Position numbers and translations under genes: made by a program. Positions 25,906 through 38,999 of a stretch of 64,000 nt of DNA are shown here, piece after piece. The notes below the pieces were generated by a model. It searched no databases, was not told the DNA's origin, and saw nothing but the letters and a program-made list of their open reading frames with translations. The DNA comes from the human T2T-CHM13v2.0 reference genome, Homo sapiens. Position 1 is the stretch's first letter, and each line of letters starts with the position of its first letter. The stretch lies in NCBI RefSeq assembly GCF_009914755.1, contig NC_060935.1; one strand, 5' to 3'.

Positions 25906-27365
25906 AGAATAATAATATGGCTGTTATTTGTGGTATGTCTACTCTTTATGAGGGAGTGCATTAAACACCACATAATAACAGCATCTCACTTATTCTCCAT
26001 AACAATGCTATGTCACAATTATTAGTATGCTCATTCCAGGAAGAGAAAATTGGGGTTAGAATGTTTACATAACTTGTCCAGGGTAAAATTTGCCTAATGC
26101 CTGTGCTTTTAGATAGCCACTTGAAACCATTACCATGCTTTTTCTTTTTTTTTCTGTTTGTACCAAGAGAGAAATTTCCTAAATGAGACACTGATGTTGC
26201 AAACTCTATTTGATCATATTCCAGCAGTAAATTCTGTAGCAAGCTTCATATGACTTTTTCTTATAATGTCCTTCTATGCAATCAAAGCAAAGTAAGCCAC
26301 TTGTCACACAGCTCAGATTGGATGAGAGGGAACTTAAATCCAGCTCTCCTAAGTACAAATCCTTTACCACTACCTTCTCATGTAAGAGCATTCCTACATA
26401 TGTGACTTCAAACGTCCTGATGGAGTCTCAATTTGCTCTGCACAATAATCTTTTAGACATGCTAATTATTTTCCTAGGAACCTAACTACAGGGAGAAGAG
26501 GCAACATAAATCACACACTTTTTTAAAGGACATATTAAAAAGCTTGAAACGGAAATTTCTCCCCAGGGCTCCTTTCACCAATTTGAGAAAGCTGGAATTG
26601 GGGAGGTACTATTATTTATTCCATTTGTGCTTCACTGTACCAGTGCCCCTCTTTCCTCTCCCACATGCCAGACAAATATCATGAAGAATTTCAGATAAAT
26701 GAAACAACACTTTCCAAAGAATGTTTCAAGAAGCTTATCCTTCTGCTACCTTAGAACCTTCATTCTTGCTCCCTGTCCCACCAATTGTTTGGATTTCACC
26801 TCTCTCTCACCTCTTCTGTTAACATTATTAAGATAATCAACATAAGATGCTCCTTTCTTTCTAGGTCTTAAAAATAGCTTACTTTGTAAACAAAACAATC
26901 AGAACAAAATAAAGCATAGTTCAAATTTAGAAACCAAGGACAATTTTCTTGCCCCAAGAATTATTTAAGAGTCACCTTCATTGGCAAGTTCTGATCTTTC
27001 ATGTTTTTTAAATAACTTTTTCAATTCAAAGTACTTCCTCTCTTCTTTTGTTTACATCAGTGGCTCTTCATCTCACACATCTCACACAGATGATTGACCT
27101 ATTTTCATTAGGTATTTCAACTATAGTGTGTGTTAGTTTCTTGCAGCCTGGGGAGTTCCCAGGCCAGCGTGCTTTAGAAATAGGTGGATTAGGGACTTGG
27201 CTATTACACTGCTGACCATCATTATGTACTTTAAGATTCATAATAAACAGAAACATGCTAGGATCAAAGAAAGTTTGTTTATGGTTTATTTAAGCCTTCC
27301 TTGGCATTTGAATAGAAGTTTCTCACCCAGGGCCTGGCAATGGGCTAACAAGTCACAGTTACATA

Positions 27366-27949
27366 CCGTAAGTTCTCACTTAATGTCACCCATAGGTTCT
27401 TGGAAACTGCTACTTTTAGGAAAATGACATATAGACTAATTGATATAAGTTGCTACGGCATATTTCTTGTCACAAATACATTACCAGGCTTCTAAATAAA
27501 GACCAAAATACTTCTAACATTAAACACTGAAAGAAATGTGAGCAATATATACACATAAGAAAGATTAATAAAAACAAGTAAGATATTATTTACTGAATTT
27601 TTCCAGTTCAGGGTCTCAGGAGGCTGGAATCTATTCTAGCAGCTCAGGAATGGTGCTGGAAACCCACTCTGGCCAGGATGCCATTTTATTGTAGGGCACA
27701 TGTAGACCCACATCCACACTCACTCAGACAGGAACAATGTAGACACATCAATTAGCCTGATCCACATATCTTTGGGATGTGGTTGGAAACCAGAGTACCC
27801 TGAGAAAACCCACGCAAATATGGGGGGGATAGGCACTACACACAGACAGTGCCCTGACCACCCCCTGGCTGGGGAAGTGATTTTTTTTTTCTCATCAATG
27901 TTATAACAAAATTACATTGAATGAAATGACACTATTTGAGGACCGGCTA
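27366..27949 (-). mobile_element. MER6A non-autonomous Tigger element
   Basis: Ends ccgtaagttctcacttaatgtc and atttgaggaccggcta with flanking TA; internal atctttgggatgtggttggaaaccagagtaccctgagaaaacccacgca. Confidence 0.88.
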
Positions 27950-28043
27950 TAGATTGTCCCCTAGTTATTGATATTTATCAAAAGTCTGTCCCTTAATATC
28001 ACTTAGATCCTCAGAGAAACAAGGAATTTTTGGAGAATTAGGT

Positions 28044-28046
<3 letters not shown>

Positions 28047-28077
<31 letters not shown>
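28047..28077 (+). repeat. Poly(T)31
   Basis: Direct count; no adjacent Alu or L1 body seen. Confidence 0.95.
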
Positions 28078-28078
<1 letters not shown>

Positions 28079-28224
28079 TTTAAAGCAGCCTTGCTCTGTA
28101 GCCCAGGTGGTTCAGGGCAATGCCCTGGCCATCCTGTGAAATGCACCTAGGCCACAGGTAGCAGTTGACAGTGTGAGGCAGGTGCTACATTGTTATGCTG
28201 TGAGTGAGTGCCCTAGAAAACAGC

Positions 28225-28566
28225 TGATACAGTTTGGCTGTGTCCCCACCCAAATCTCATCTTGAATTATAGCTCCCATAATTCCCATATGTCATGGGAG
28301 AAACCTAGTGAGAGGTAATTCAATCATGGGAGCGGGTCTTTTTCCTGATAGTAAATAAGTCTCATGAAATCTGATGGTTTTATAAAGGGGAGTTTCTCTG
28401 CACACACACTCTCATGTAAGACATCCCTCTGCTCTTCCTTCATCTTCTGCCATGATTGTGAAACCTCCCTAGCCACGTGGAACTTGAGTCCATTAAACCT
28501 CTTTCCTTTATAAATTACTCTGTCTTGGGTATGTCTTTATTAGCAGCATGAGAATGGACTAATATA
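28225..28566 (+). mobile_element. THE1 (C-like) solo LTR
   Basis: tgatacagtttggctgtgtccccacccaaatctcatcttgaatt...ggactaatata; perfect 5-bp TSD acagc. Confidence 0.93.
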
Positions 28567-29418
28567 ACAGCAGAAAACCAGCCTGAGCTTTGTCAATAAA
28601 CAGGGTGCAACTGAGTGTCAGTCCTTCAAGGAAGTTTTACAGGAATACTGGGAACACCAGCTGCCAGACCTGCTGGCCTTGTGGGAGGCTGCTATTTGAT
28701 TAGCCCCTCCCAGTGTGCAAGCTCGAACTACCAGTCCAAGCTAACACATTGCCAGACACCTCCAGCAGGGGGGACCCAGGCCAGCAGCAGACATTCCTCT
28801 TATCTTTTCACCGTCATCAACTACAAGAGATTTTTCTCCAGAAAGAAAGGCTACAGATCAGCAATCAAGAGTTAGAAGCCCCGTTTGGGTTGATATCTTC
28901 CAACATATAAAGGGTTTATAGTTCATGATTCTATTCAGAAATGTCACTGATTTGATCATCTTGCTGTATGTTTCACAACCAATCTATTTGAGGACATACT
29001 AGGATATTCTATCGTTTAAGTTAATCATTCTAAGGATACATAGAATAGCCTTGGGAGATGGGGAATGCTTAGTTACATCTGATTTAAAGATCTTAGATGC
29101 TAAAAGCACATCATCTGTATACTGACTAAGTGAATGAATTAATTAAAAAAAACTGGAATTATTTTGACCAGTGAAGATTTGGAATTATCTGAATTCTCAG
29201 TTGTCCATTTGCCTGAACACTGCAATCGGCTCAACACTAAATATTGAGAAAAATGTTGACCATCTTGACTTTGCCTTGGATACTGCTTGATAGCCTCCTA
29301 AAATTAGAGGTATGAAGTCTGTATATTATATTTAGGCTATGATTTTCTCAATGTTCTCCTTTTTCATGAGATGTGATTCCTGGCTCCAGTTCAGATAGCT
29401 ATTAAAGAATATGGCTCT

Positions 29419-29755
29419 GGCCGGAAACGGTGGCTCATGCCTGTAATCCCAGCACTTTGGGAGGCTGAGGCAGGCAGATCACCTGAGGTTGGGAGTTTGA
29501 GACCATCCTGACCAACATGGAGAAACCCCATCTCTACTAAAAATACAAAATTAGCTGGGCATGATGGCACATGCCTGTAATCCCAGCTACTCGGAGGCTG
29601 AGGCAGAAGAATCGCTTGAACCCAGGAGGCAGAGGTTGCGGTGAGCAAAGATCACACCACTGCACTCCACACTGGGCAGCAAGAGCAAAACTCCATCTCA
29701 AAAAAATAAAAAATAAAAATAAATAAATAAAAATAATAAAATCAAATCAAATAAA
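29419..29755 (+). mobile_element. AluSp-like
   Basis: tgaccaacatggagaaacccc, ggttgcggtgagc; A-rich tail; TSD core atggctct. Confidence 0.93.
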
Positions 29756-29992
29756 ATAAAGATGGCTCTGAACTCACCCCAAAACATAAAATAGATGTGC
29801 GCAGGTAGTTATTTCATGGAATGTAACCTCAAATATACTGCCCATCAATTTTTACCCAAATCTTAAGAAAATTGTGCTTATCAAGAATCACCTGAAGACC
29901 ATTCCAGTCCTTCCGTTCCACTGGATACTGAAGTCCATGACTAGATCACTTCAAAGGAGCCGAGAATATGCACAGCAGGGACTGTCCCATCA

Positions 29993-30645
29993 CGTACTAG
30001 TCTGTTCTCACGCTGCTAACAAGAACTGCCTGAAATGGATAATTTATAAAGAAAAAGAGTTTTAATGGACTCACAGTTCCACATGGCTAGGGAGGCCTCA
30101 CAACCATGGTGTAAGGTGAAGGAGGAACAAGAGCAGGTCTTACATGGTGGCAGGCAAGAGAGCATGTGCAGGGGAATTACCCCTTATAAAACCACCAGAT
30201 AGGCCGGACCCAGTGGCTCACACCTGTAATCCCAGCACTTTGGGAGGTGAAGGTGGGCAGACTGCAAGGTCAGGAGTTCGAGACCAGCCTGACCAACATG
30301 GTGAAACCCCATTTCTACTAAAAATAAAAAAAAATTAGCTGGGCGTGGTGCGTGTGGCTGTAGTCTCAGCTATGCAGGAGGCTGAGGCAGGAGAATCGCT
30401 TGAACCCAGGAGGTAGAAGGTTGCAGTGAGCTGAGACTGCGCCACTGCACTCCAGCCTGGGTGAGAGAGAGAGGCTCTGTCTCAATCCATCAGTCAATCC
30501 ACCAGATCTTTTGAGACTTACTCACTGTCACGAGGACAGTATTGGCAAAACCTGCCTCCTGTCAGGTCCCTCCCAGGACATGTGGGGATTATGGAAACTA
30601 CAATTCAAGGTGAGGTTTGGGTGGGGACACAGCCAAACCATATCA
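29993..30645 (-). mobile_element. THE1 (B/C-like) solo LTR interrupted by an Alu
   Basis: Ends ggggacacagccaaaccatatca; perfect TSD catca at 29988-29992 and 30646-30650. Confidence 0.92.
30202..30498 (+). mobile_element. AluS (Sg-like), inside THE1 LTR
   Basis: Dimeric Alu; TSD core ccaccagat; tail reads aatccatcagtcaat. Confidence 0.92.
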
Positions 30646-31230
30646 CATCATATCTTGAGAGACATGTATCTACTGAACTGTGCCTTAGTTTGATGGGGTC
30701 AATCTTTAGTGACGGATAGTATAAAAATACTGCTTCGAAAACCTAATCAAAATATCTGACATATGAATATTGTTGAAAATGTTGCTCATCACATTACATA
30801 TTAGCTTGATTTTTTTCTGGTCACTATACAAGGCATAAATGGTGATATTGCTTCTGAGTATCTCTTCTATTTTTATTTTATGGGCACTAGAAACTCTGTG
30901 GTTCCCTTTTCATACCAGCTGCTGAAAACGTACAATCAAACTTGTGGCCCAATTAAAGAAATTACACAGGACTTAAATAGTAGAATTTTTATATATTAAT
31001 ATTATACATGGCTTCATAGTTTCATTCCAATGCTCATTTTCCTTTGCCCCTCCACTATTTTTCAGTATGAGTATTTTAAATTGCTGTATATTTTTAGGAA
31101 AGATGCCTTGCATGATGGCTGGAACAAGATGGGGAATAAATATTATATAAATAGTATGCTAATTACTTATGATTGTGCTTGAATAAAGTCATATTGACAG
31201 TCTTGATTCAGGCCCCTAGAATTAATGGCT

Positions 31231-31234
<4 letters not shown>

Positions 31235-31280
<46 letters not shown>
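31235..31280 (+). repeat. (CA)23 microsatellite
   Basis: Direct count. Confidence 0.97.
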
Positions 31281-31281
<1 letters not shown>

Positions 31282-31476
31282 TGCTGAGTCCCAAGCAAAA
31301 GGCAGCCCCTGGATTTCCTATGACATTTCTAAGGGAACTAACTACCGTAAAGAGGCTTGGCTCCCAAGACCCTCGCTGATATTTCTGCCTAAATTGCTCC
31401 TCTAAACCATCATCGCAGGAAACATTTTTTGACCACCACATTCCTTCTTCCTGCTGCAAAGTTGAATTTCCTTTGA

Positions 31477-31844
<368 letters not shown>

Positions 31845-32269
31845 TAGATTGCATATAAACTGTTACTGGATTCTGTTTATATGTTTATCTCCACTACTAG
31901 ACTATGGAATTCCTTAGGCTGGTCTTATTCCTTTCATATCCACAATACCTCAAACATAACAGGTATTCCATTAAGTGAAATTTGGAATCAGAAATTATTA
32001 ATTTAAATTGGGTAGAAAAACCAAAGTCATGAAAGGATTTAAAATTAGAAATGTCATTTCTGGTATTCTAATATAAGTAAATTAATTCAATGGATTAATA
32101 AAAGGTTTTTTACAATCTATCTTTTTAGATACAGCAATGCGAGCATCACTAATCAACAGTGTATCTGTTATAAGGGTGTTCCCAGACATGTCCAACATTT
32201 GGTCTGATGGGACAGACATTTAGAACTTTGGATTTAGAATATAAGCTTTTCGTACTCAAACATTAACTT

Positions 32270-32500
32270 AGACACAGCCTGAAATAGAGGTTAAGCTGGG
32301 GTTTGATCTCTGCCTTTAGTTTTTGTAATCTCTTTGCCTTGAGGAAAATTGCTCAAGCTCTCTGATCTTCAGTTTCTCAGACATAAAACACAGCCATACT
32401 GTCTGCCTCACGGGGTTGTAAGGATCAAAAGAAATCATGCTACATAAAGCCTTCCACTCAATGCAGAGACAAAATAAGGGCTCAATAAATGGTAGCAATT
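32270..32500 (+). mobile_element. MIR SINE
   Basis: cttcagtttctc...ctgcctcacggggttgtaaggatcaaa...gctcaataaatggtagc. Confidence 0.75.
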
Positions 32501-32769
32501 ATAGTACCAATGCACGCAAAGCACTGTTCTAGGCACTAGGATACAAAAATAAGACATGCTCCCTTGTCCTTGAAGAAATTACAGTTTATTGGTGAAAACT
32601 GCATAAGTAGGCTTTCACTGGATCATGATAAGTGAATTACAGAACTCTGGATGTGGTATCGTGAGAACACAGAATATTGGCACCTTAGTTCCTTAACCCT
32701 GCATCCTTCTATATGCTTTAATAATGGCAGAATAATAATTGGAGACATTTAAGAATGTCTTCTTCTTCC

Positions 32770-33808
32770 CTGTAACAATGTATAATCCTGATGTGACAAT
32801 AAGGCTACCATTAAGCTAAACAATAATTAAAAAGAGAAATTATCAGAGGACTTCTAAAATTGAAAGCCTTTATACAGATATAAGGTAGGGGGCAGTAAGA
32901 TCTGAAAGGGAGATGCACCAGCAAAACTATCTTTCCTTTCCTCCCCAGTTTCAGATGGAAAAACCCTTCCATGTTAGCTTAAGGGAACAGTTGAAGGGGA
33001 CACAAGAGAGTTGCTTAGTTGATCTGTCTTTGTGCCTCAACCACCGTGAGCTCAAGGACAGATGGTGAGGGAGGGGTGAAGGTATGTGAGAGGATTTCCT
33101 TTGGAATTTCAGGGATTAGAGAGAAGAGAGGACATGGGCCTCCTTTAGTCTTCTTTGCACCTCTAGGAGGTGAATGTCAATGAGGAGGCTTAGAATGATG
33201 AGTCACTGCTTATAGCCTGGACTTTTCTGTAGCAAGTGTATGACTGAATGACACAGAGAGATTAATTTTGATAATCATGGCAAGACAGGGGCAAGGAAAT
33301 GTATATCAAAAAGACAAGGTGTGGTTAATTCCCACTGGGGTTTAGGGGAGGGCACCAAGACATCTCCATGTGGGACCAGTGACAGGGGCCCTCATGGGTG
33401 CCCGAAGCTTGCCCACTTGTTATTTCAGCATGCTCCTTACACGACTATGCAGTGGATTGAATTGGGAGTGAAGACCAGTATGACATCAAGGCAGATGAAG
33501 TTCCTGCATAGAGGGGCTCCTCCTCAAGGAAACTGTGCTGGCAAGAGAGTAAGCTCTCTGGAGCTTGCAGTCAACCCCAGAGAGAAGCAAGATGGAAACT
33601 CTCCAGGAGAGGAATCTAAACAGAACGTGATCGAATTACACATCCTATAGACAAAGAAGCACTGCACTGCACTGAAGCTGAATCGATCTGAAAGTGACCA
33701 GATTTAGTTTCTTCAGATTTAGTATCAAAACACTACAATGCACTTTAGAAAAATAGTTACATTTTCACCTTATAGGAATCTATGTTTCTGAAATTTATAC
33801 CTGCTACT
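32770..33808 (+). mobile_element. MamGypLTR-like ancient Gypsy LTR
   Basis: Resembles recalled MamGypLTR blocks (tgtgcctcaacc...gtgagggaggggtgaagg; gggaccag...ctcatgggtgcc) and terminus tgaaatttatacctgctac; left boundary uncertain. Confidence 0.55.
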
Positions 33809-35489
33809 TAGCATCTCCCTCTTTTGTGATTCTCTGGCAGGTCAAGAGCCAAAGGGAAAAAATAAAAAGCATAATAAGGTTCACGTAGACCCAAACATGC
33901 TTGTCTTGTTCAGGTATCTTGATGCCATGCATAGGGCCCAAAGCAGTGTGGCTGCTGAGTTTCTGATAGATTTGTGACAGGTATTTGTGACTGAAATGAC
34001 TAATGATCATGAAGATCATAAAAATACACTATGGAGACGAAGTGTTTTTGTCATCCTGGACTGTTTCAGAAAACATTCACTAGGCTATGGTTCCCAGTTT
34101 TGATGTACAGAATAAATTATGTTCATAGGGTCTAGATACTTTTGTGGCCTTGCCCTGGATAGTCCATGCACAATTTCTGGCCCAGAAGCTGTAGCCTTAT
34201 ATTTACTGCAATGCAAAATACTTCAATGCAAAAGCATATTGGAACACTAAGTGAGAATGTGGAGTAAGTAGAGAGACACTTGGGTGCCCTTTATAATAGG
34301 AACATGTAAATCTTTCTGAAATCCTAGCACTTTATAAGCTACCTTAAGTTACCAATTACTTGTTTAAAACAAAAACAAAAACCTCACAGCATGTGTGCGC
34401 AGAGAACCTCTGCTCCAGCCTGTGACATCCTGTGAGGTTAGAGTTCCTGCCTCATTCAGTTTTGTATCCACAGTGCCCCCCAAAATGCTGGTGTATACAG
34501 AAGAGATTCAGTAAACATTTAATTCAAGTCCACTTGCAATATTCGAACCCTTGGAAATTTTTTTTTTATTAAAAAAAAAAGTTCTTCTGAAATTCTATGC
34601 CCAGAATGTGTGAGTGCTAAAATAATTGAAAAGTTTGTCAGGAGGATGGGGAGAGAATGTGTTTTATAACAGACTAGTCTGTCACAATAAAGTTTTACAT
34701 ATTCATATGCATATACATTTACAAGCATCTATTTTCATATGACACATTTTATTTTCCCTTTTTGTGCCTACCACTAAGCTTTTTTGTCCCAATATAACGT
34801 CATTAAATGTTTTATTTTGTCAAGAATGACTTTTCATGATTCTCTCAATAATTATAATACTTGCAGATTTCAATATAATAAAATCCCTTATCCACAGATA
34901 AGGATGTTGAGATTCACAGGAATTAAGAGACTTTCTCAAGGGATCATCTGTGACAGACACTTTGCTGAGGATTATCAGATCATCAATTATAAATAATGTT
35001 TAAAGACTAGCCAAAGGAACTTCAATGGGAGACAGTAATAAATATTGCTCTGTCATGCATTGCATCAGGAGTCACTAATCACACTAAACTATACATATAA
35101 ATAGATTATATTACTAAAATACAAAGGAGTTCTGCAAACTCCTTTGCAGTTTCTCCAAATAATTTGGAGAAAAATTAAAAGTACAAGAAATAGATTTGAA
35201 AAAGAGGATTTAGTCTTATTTAAGCCAAAAAAAAGCTTAAATCCACCTACCACATAAGCAAGTCCCTACACATTAAAGTCACGCTATCATAGCTTTCTAC
35301 AACAAGAATATACGAGTGCATACTATGTCAAAGGAGAGAGATGTCATATGTTCAAATATGTTTGCCTTTTTCTCTAAGCAGAGACATTCCCTTCTACGTG
35401 CTTATTGCTTTTCTGTGCCTTTGACACTGCATAAAATACTTGGTTAATAGTTCCTTCACAATCTGTTAGGTTCCTCTCTTAATCAGCTG

Positions 35490-35554
35490 CATTATAGCAT
35501 AGCCAAGTTTCTGACTATACATATATATATCAGAAACTTGGCTATGCTATAATG
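35490..35554. repeat. Perfect 25-bp inverted repeat with 15-nt TA-rich spacer
   Basis: cattatagcatagccaagtttctga (35490-35514) / tcagaaacttggctatgctataatg (35530-35554). Confidence 0.97.
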
Positions 35555-35563
35555 TATTGCATG

Positions 35564-35651
35564 TTGTATTGGATGCCAATCAAGTGTCAAGAATATATAT
35601 TCTTGACACTTGATTGGCATCCTTTTGACACTTGATTGGCATCCAATACAA
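35564..35651. repeat. Perfect 52-bp palindrome with duplicated right arm
   Basis: 35571-35622 is its own reverse complement; 35564-35590 also pairs perfectly (27 bp) with 35625-35651. Confidence 0.97.
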
Positions 35652-36067
35652 TTTTTTTCTGGCTTATCTGCCATTACTTGTGTCCCTGAGATCTGCCACG
35701 TTTCAACCCTAGCATATCACTTAACACACTATATTATAAGCATTTAGTTATTTTTATGTTTATCTACTAAAATGTAAGTTCCTTGATGGCAAACACTCTA
35801 TCAAACTGGCTTTTTAAGGTGTCTCATATACAGGGTAGGTGTATGTTGATCAAGTCAGTGAGCAAGAGAAATAACATTAAGTGCTTGACATTGAGTGAGA
35901 AAACTTTATTACAGGGCCTGGGAAGCTAATCTACACAGATTTAATCAACTGTTAATATCCATGAGAGGGAGCATGAATTATAGTTAGTATCGTGATCCAC
36001 TTCAGATTTGCCCCACACGCACCATCCTCATCTGCTCCCCAGTATACCTGCTCCAAAAGATAGAGAA

Positions 36068-36695
36068 TACAATAGGCAAAATTCCCCCACCCCTACCAAG
36101 ACATTTACAACCAAATTACTAGAACTTGTGAATATTTTATGTTACATGACAAAAAGGGACTTTACAAATGTAATTATGGTTATGGTAGACCTAAAAATGA
36201 GGAGAATGTACTGGATTACTCAAGTGGACCCAAAGGAAACATATAAGCCTCATATAGAGAGAATTATCTCTGGCTGGGAGCATGAGAGATGTGGCAGAAT
36301 GAATATCAGTCTTCAAGTATGAGAAAAATCAGACATACAGTTGCTGAGTCTGAGATGCAGAGGCCTGTGGACAAGAACCAGAGGGTGGTTTCTAGAAGCT
36401 AAGAGCAGCCCCTAGCTGATAGCAAGGAAGGGGGAACCTCAGTCCTTCACCAGCAAGGAACTAGATTCTGCCAAAATCCTGCATGATCCTGAAAGAAGAT
36501 CCTACCGTACAGCCATCAGATAATACCCCAGGCCAGTCAAAAGCCTTGATTTTGGCTTTTAGAGACCTAGAGCAGAAAAACCAGCTGAGCCCATCTGGAA
36601 TCTTGACCCATGAAAACTATGAGAAAATAAGTATTAGCTGTTTAAATCACTATGTATGTAGTGATTTATTATTGCAACAGTAACAAACCAATACA
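36068..36695 (+). mobile_element. MLT1E-type MaLR solo LTR
   Basis: atgttacatgacaaaaagggactttacaaatgtaatta...aacctcagtcct...caaggaactagattctgccaa...aaccaataca; TSD gagaa/gagga. Confidence 0.85.
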
Positions 36696-38529
36696 GAGGA
36701 TTCCCAAAAGTGATTCCTACAAAGGATTTAGGAATCTACAGCATGGCCACATCTATGCAGGGGAGGGGCTCGTGCCCACAAAGGTTGAAAAACATTTATT
36801 TTGATGACATTTTTCTCCAAGAAGAAAGCAAAACATTTATTTGAAGATTTTTCAGTGTTGCAGGTATTAAGGGATCCTGGGTAGAAACAATATCCCTCTC
36901 CCCATGTTAGGTAAGATAATAGATGAAAAAGACCTTTTAAGGTCAAGTGGGCTGTTTCTTAAGAACAGAATTATTAGGTAGTCTTGAACAGTGATGCTTT
37001 TAAGTAGAAATACATTTCAGAAGGTTTGAGTCAGAGAAACTCCCATCTCGGACTCATCCTGGTCCTCTCTTCTGACTGTAGCTTTTTCATGTATGCATTG
37101 ATCCAGAAATGCATGAAATCATGCATTAAGATTTTCATTTATTCATTTGTCCATTAATGCAAGGTACTATGCTTAGTAAGGGAGAGACAAGGTTAAATTA
37201 AATGTAGTCCTAACCCTCCATAAGCTTACAATGAGGAGAGAGAGATATACATAAAATGATAACAAGCAGATATAAAGTGATAATCCTCATATACCATAAG
37301 CTTGTCACTTTACCAAAAATGATCCAGGCCATGCCTAGCACAGTTCTCTGTTTTAAACTTACCCTAACCCCTGTCATTCCATTCTGTATGTGTAGAGTCA
37401 CTGAAATTGCAATCTCTCTCTCATCTTATGTTTACTATTGAAATCAGGACCCACTTAAATACACTTCTCTGTCTTGTCCTCATTCTATGAAGAGCACTTC
37501 TGTATTTTGGTCTGCCTAACTTGGGTCTCAGAATCTTACACTGAGAGCCAAAGAGCTTGAAAAATGAAATTACATATGGTAGGCAGAATCATAAAATGAC
37601 CTCCTAACCTTAATTGCTAGTACAGAATATCATGACATACTATACCCTGATTATGATAAATGCCTTTATCATAATCATAAGTGCCTTTATCATCTCCTAG
37701 ACAACTTTTGTTTGAACTAGCCAAATTGATCTTCTAAGCCCCATAACCCAGAGCAGCTCCCTCATGACAATCCCATTTTCCTCCGTGGTGCCCTGTCTGG
37801 CCAACTTGACACTAGGGAATCAGAACAAAGTCAGAAAATCAGACAAGGAACTCAGATCAGCACTACTATGGAGGGATGAAAGTTGAATGCTAAACATTCT
37901 AGGACTGGCTCTAATACCAGGCTGCTCACAGTGTAGGGTAACCAATCATCGTGATTACCTGGGACCATTCTGGGTTTTGCAATGTAAATCCTACATCTCA
38001 AGAAATTCGTTCCCAAGGTGGTAGAAGCCACAGCATTCACAGATGGATGTAGAAGGGCACCAGAAAAGCATAAAACACATACGGTAGCAAAAAGGAGGGG
38101 GAGGGAGCTGAAAGCAACACACTTTTTGGTGTCAAATGGATATGGCATAGATTATCTTTCATAGTTTATTTTTTCCCCTGACCAGTGATACTGGCAACCA
38201 TAATTTGCAGTTAACATTGTTGCATTGCTCTGAGTATGTGACTTTAGTGTGTAATGAAAGTGCATCATAATCATGAGTGACAGTCCGTCTCTGATTGACT
38301 GAGAAAATGACTCATAGCTGTGCATCAAGATAGTGTTAGTTTAATGTTTAACATTGTGATCATGTTTTCTAAGTGTTCAAATAATAAAAAATAAAAACGA
38401 TTATAATACTAGCGCCAGAACATTCAGATAGCAACAAAAAAGAAAATTAAACCACAGTGATCTTTTTATGATTGGAGGAAGGACATACACAACTGAATTA
38501 GGGAGGTAAATTATCTAAAGAGAGCATAC

Positions 38530-38840
38530 AGCCAGGCATGGTGGCTCACACTTGTAATTCCAACACTTTGGGAGACTGAGGCAGGCAGATCACTTGAGGT
38601 CAGGAGTTTGAGACCAGCCTGGCCAACGTGGTGAAAAATACAAAAAATATCTGGGTGTGGTAGCACACATCTGTAATCCTAGCTACTCAGGAGGCTGAGG
38701 CAGAAGAATTGCTGGAACCTGGGAGGCAGGGGTTGCAGTAAGCCAAGGTCACGCCACTATGCTCCAGCCTGGGTGACAGAGTGAGACTCCATCTCAAAAC
38801 AAAAACAAAAACAAAAAACAAGACAAAACAAAAAAAGACA
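38530..38840 (+). mobile_element. AluS (Sz/Sx-like) with ~16-bp internal deletion
   Basis: Dimer; (CAAAA)n tail; degenerate TSD ctaaagagagcatac/ctaagggagcattc. Confidence 0.92.
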
Positions 38841-38999
38841 CTAAGGGAGCATTCCGTATATACACAACATACAGAGAGGAAAAAAAATCTGGAATTGGGA
38901 ATGGAAAGAAAGAGATAGAATTTGTGAGACTGAAATTCACAAGCCCAGAATGAGACAGGTAAGTACACCTAAAATAATAAAAAGTTTTTAAATCTCCCC

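Noticed and set aside
35490-35651. MADE1/Hsmar1 MITE or CRISPR-like array as explanation of the palindromes
   Set aside because: No ttaggttggtgcaaaag TIR, no repeat-spacer periodicity, and the context is eukaryotic.
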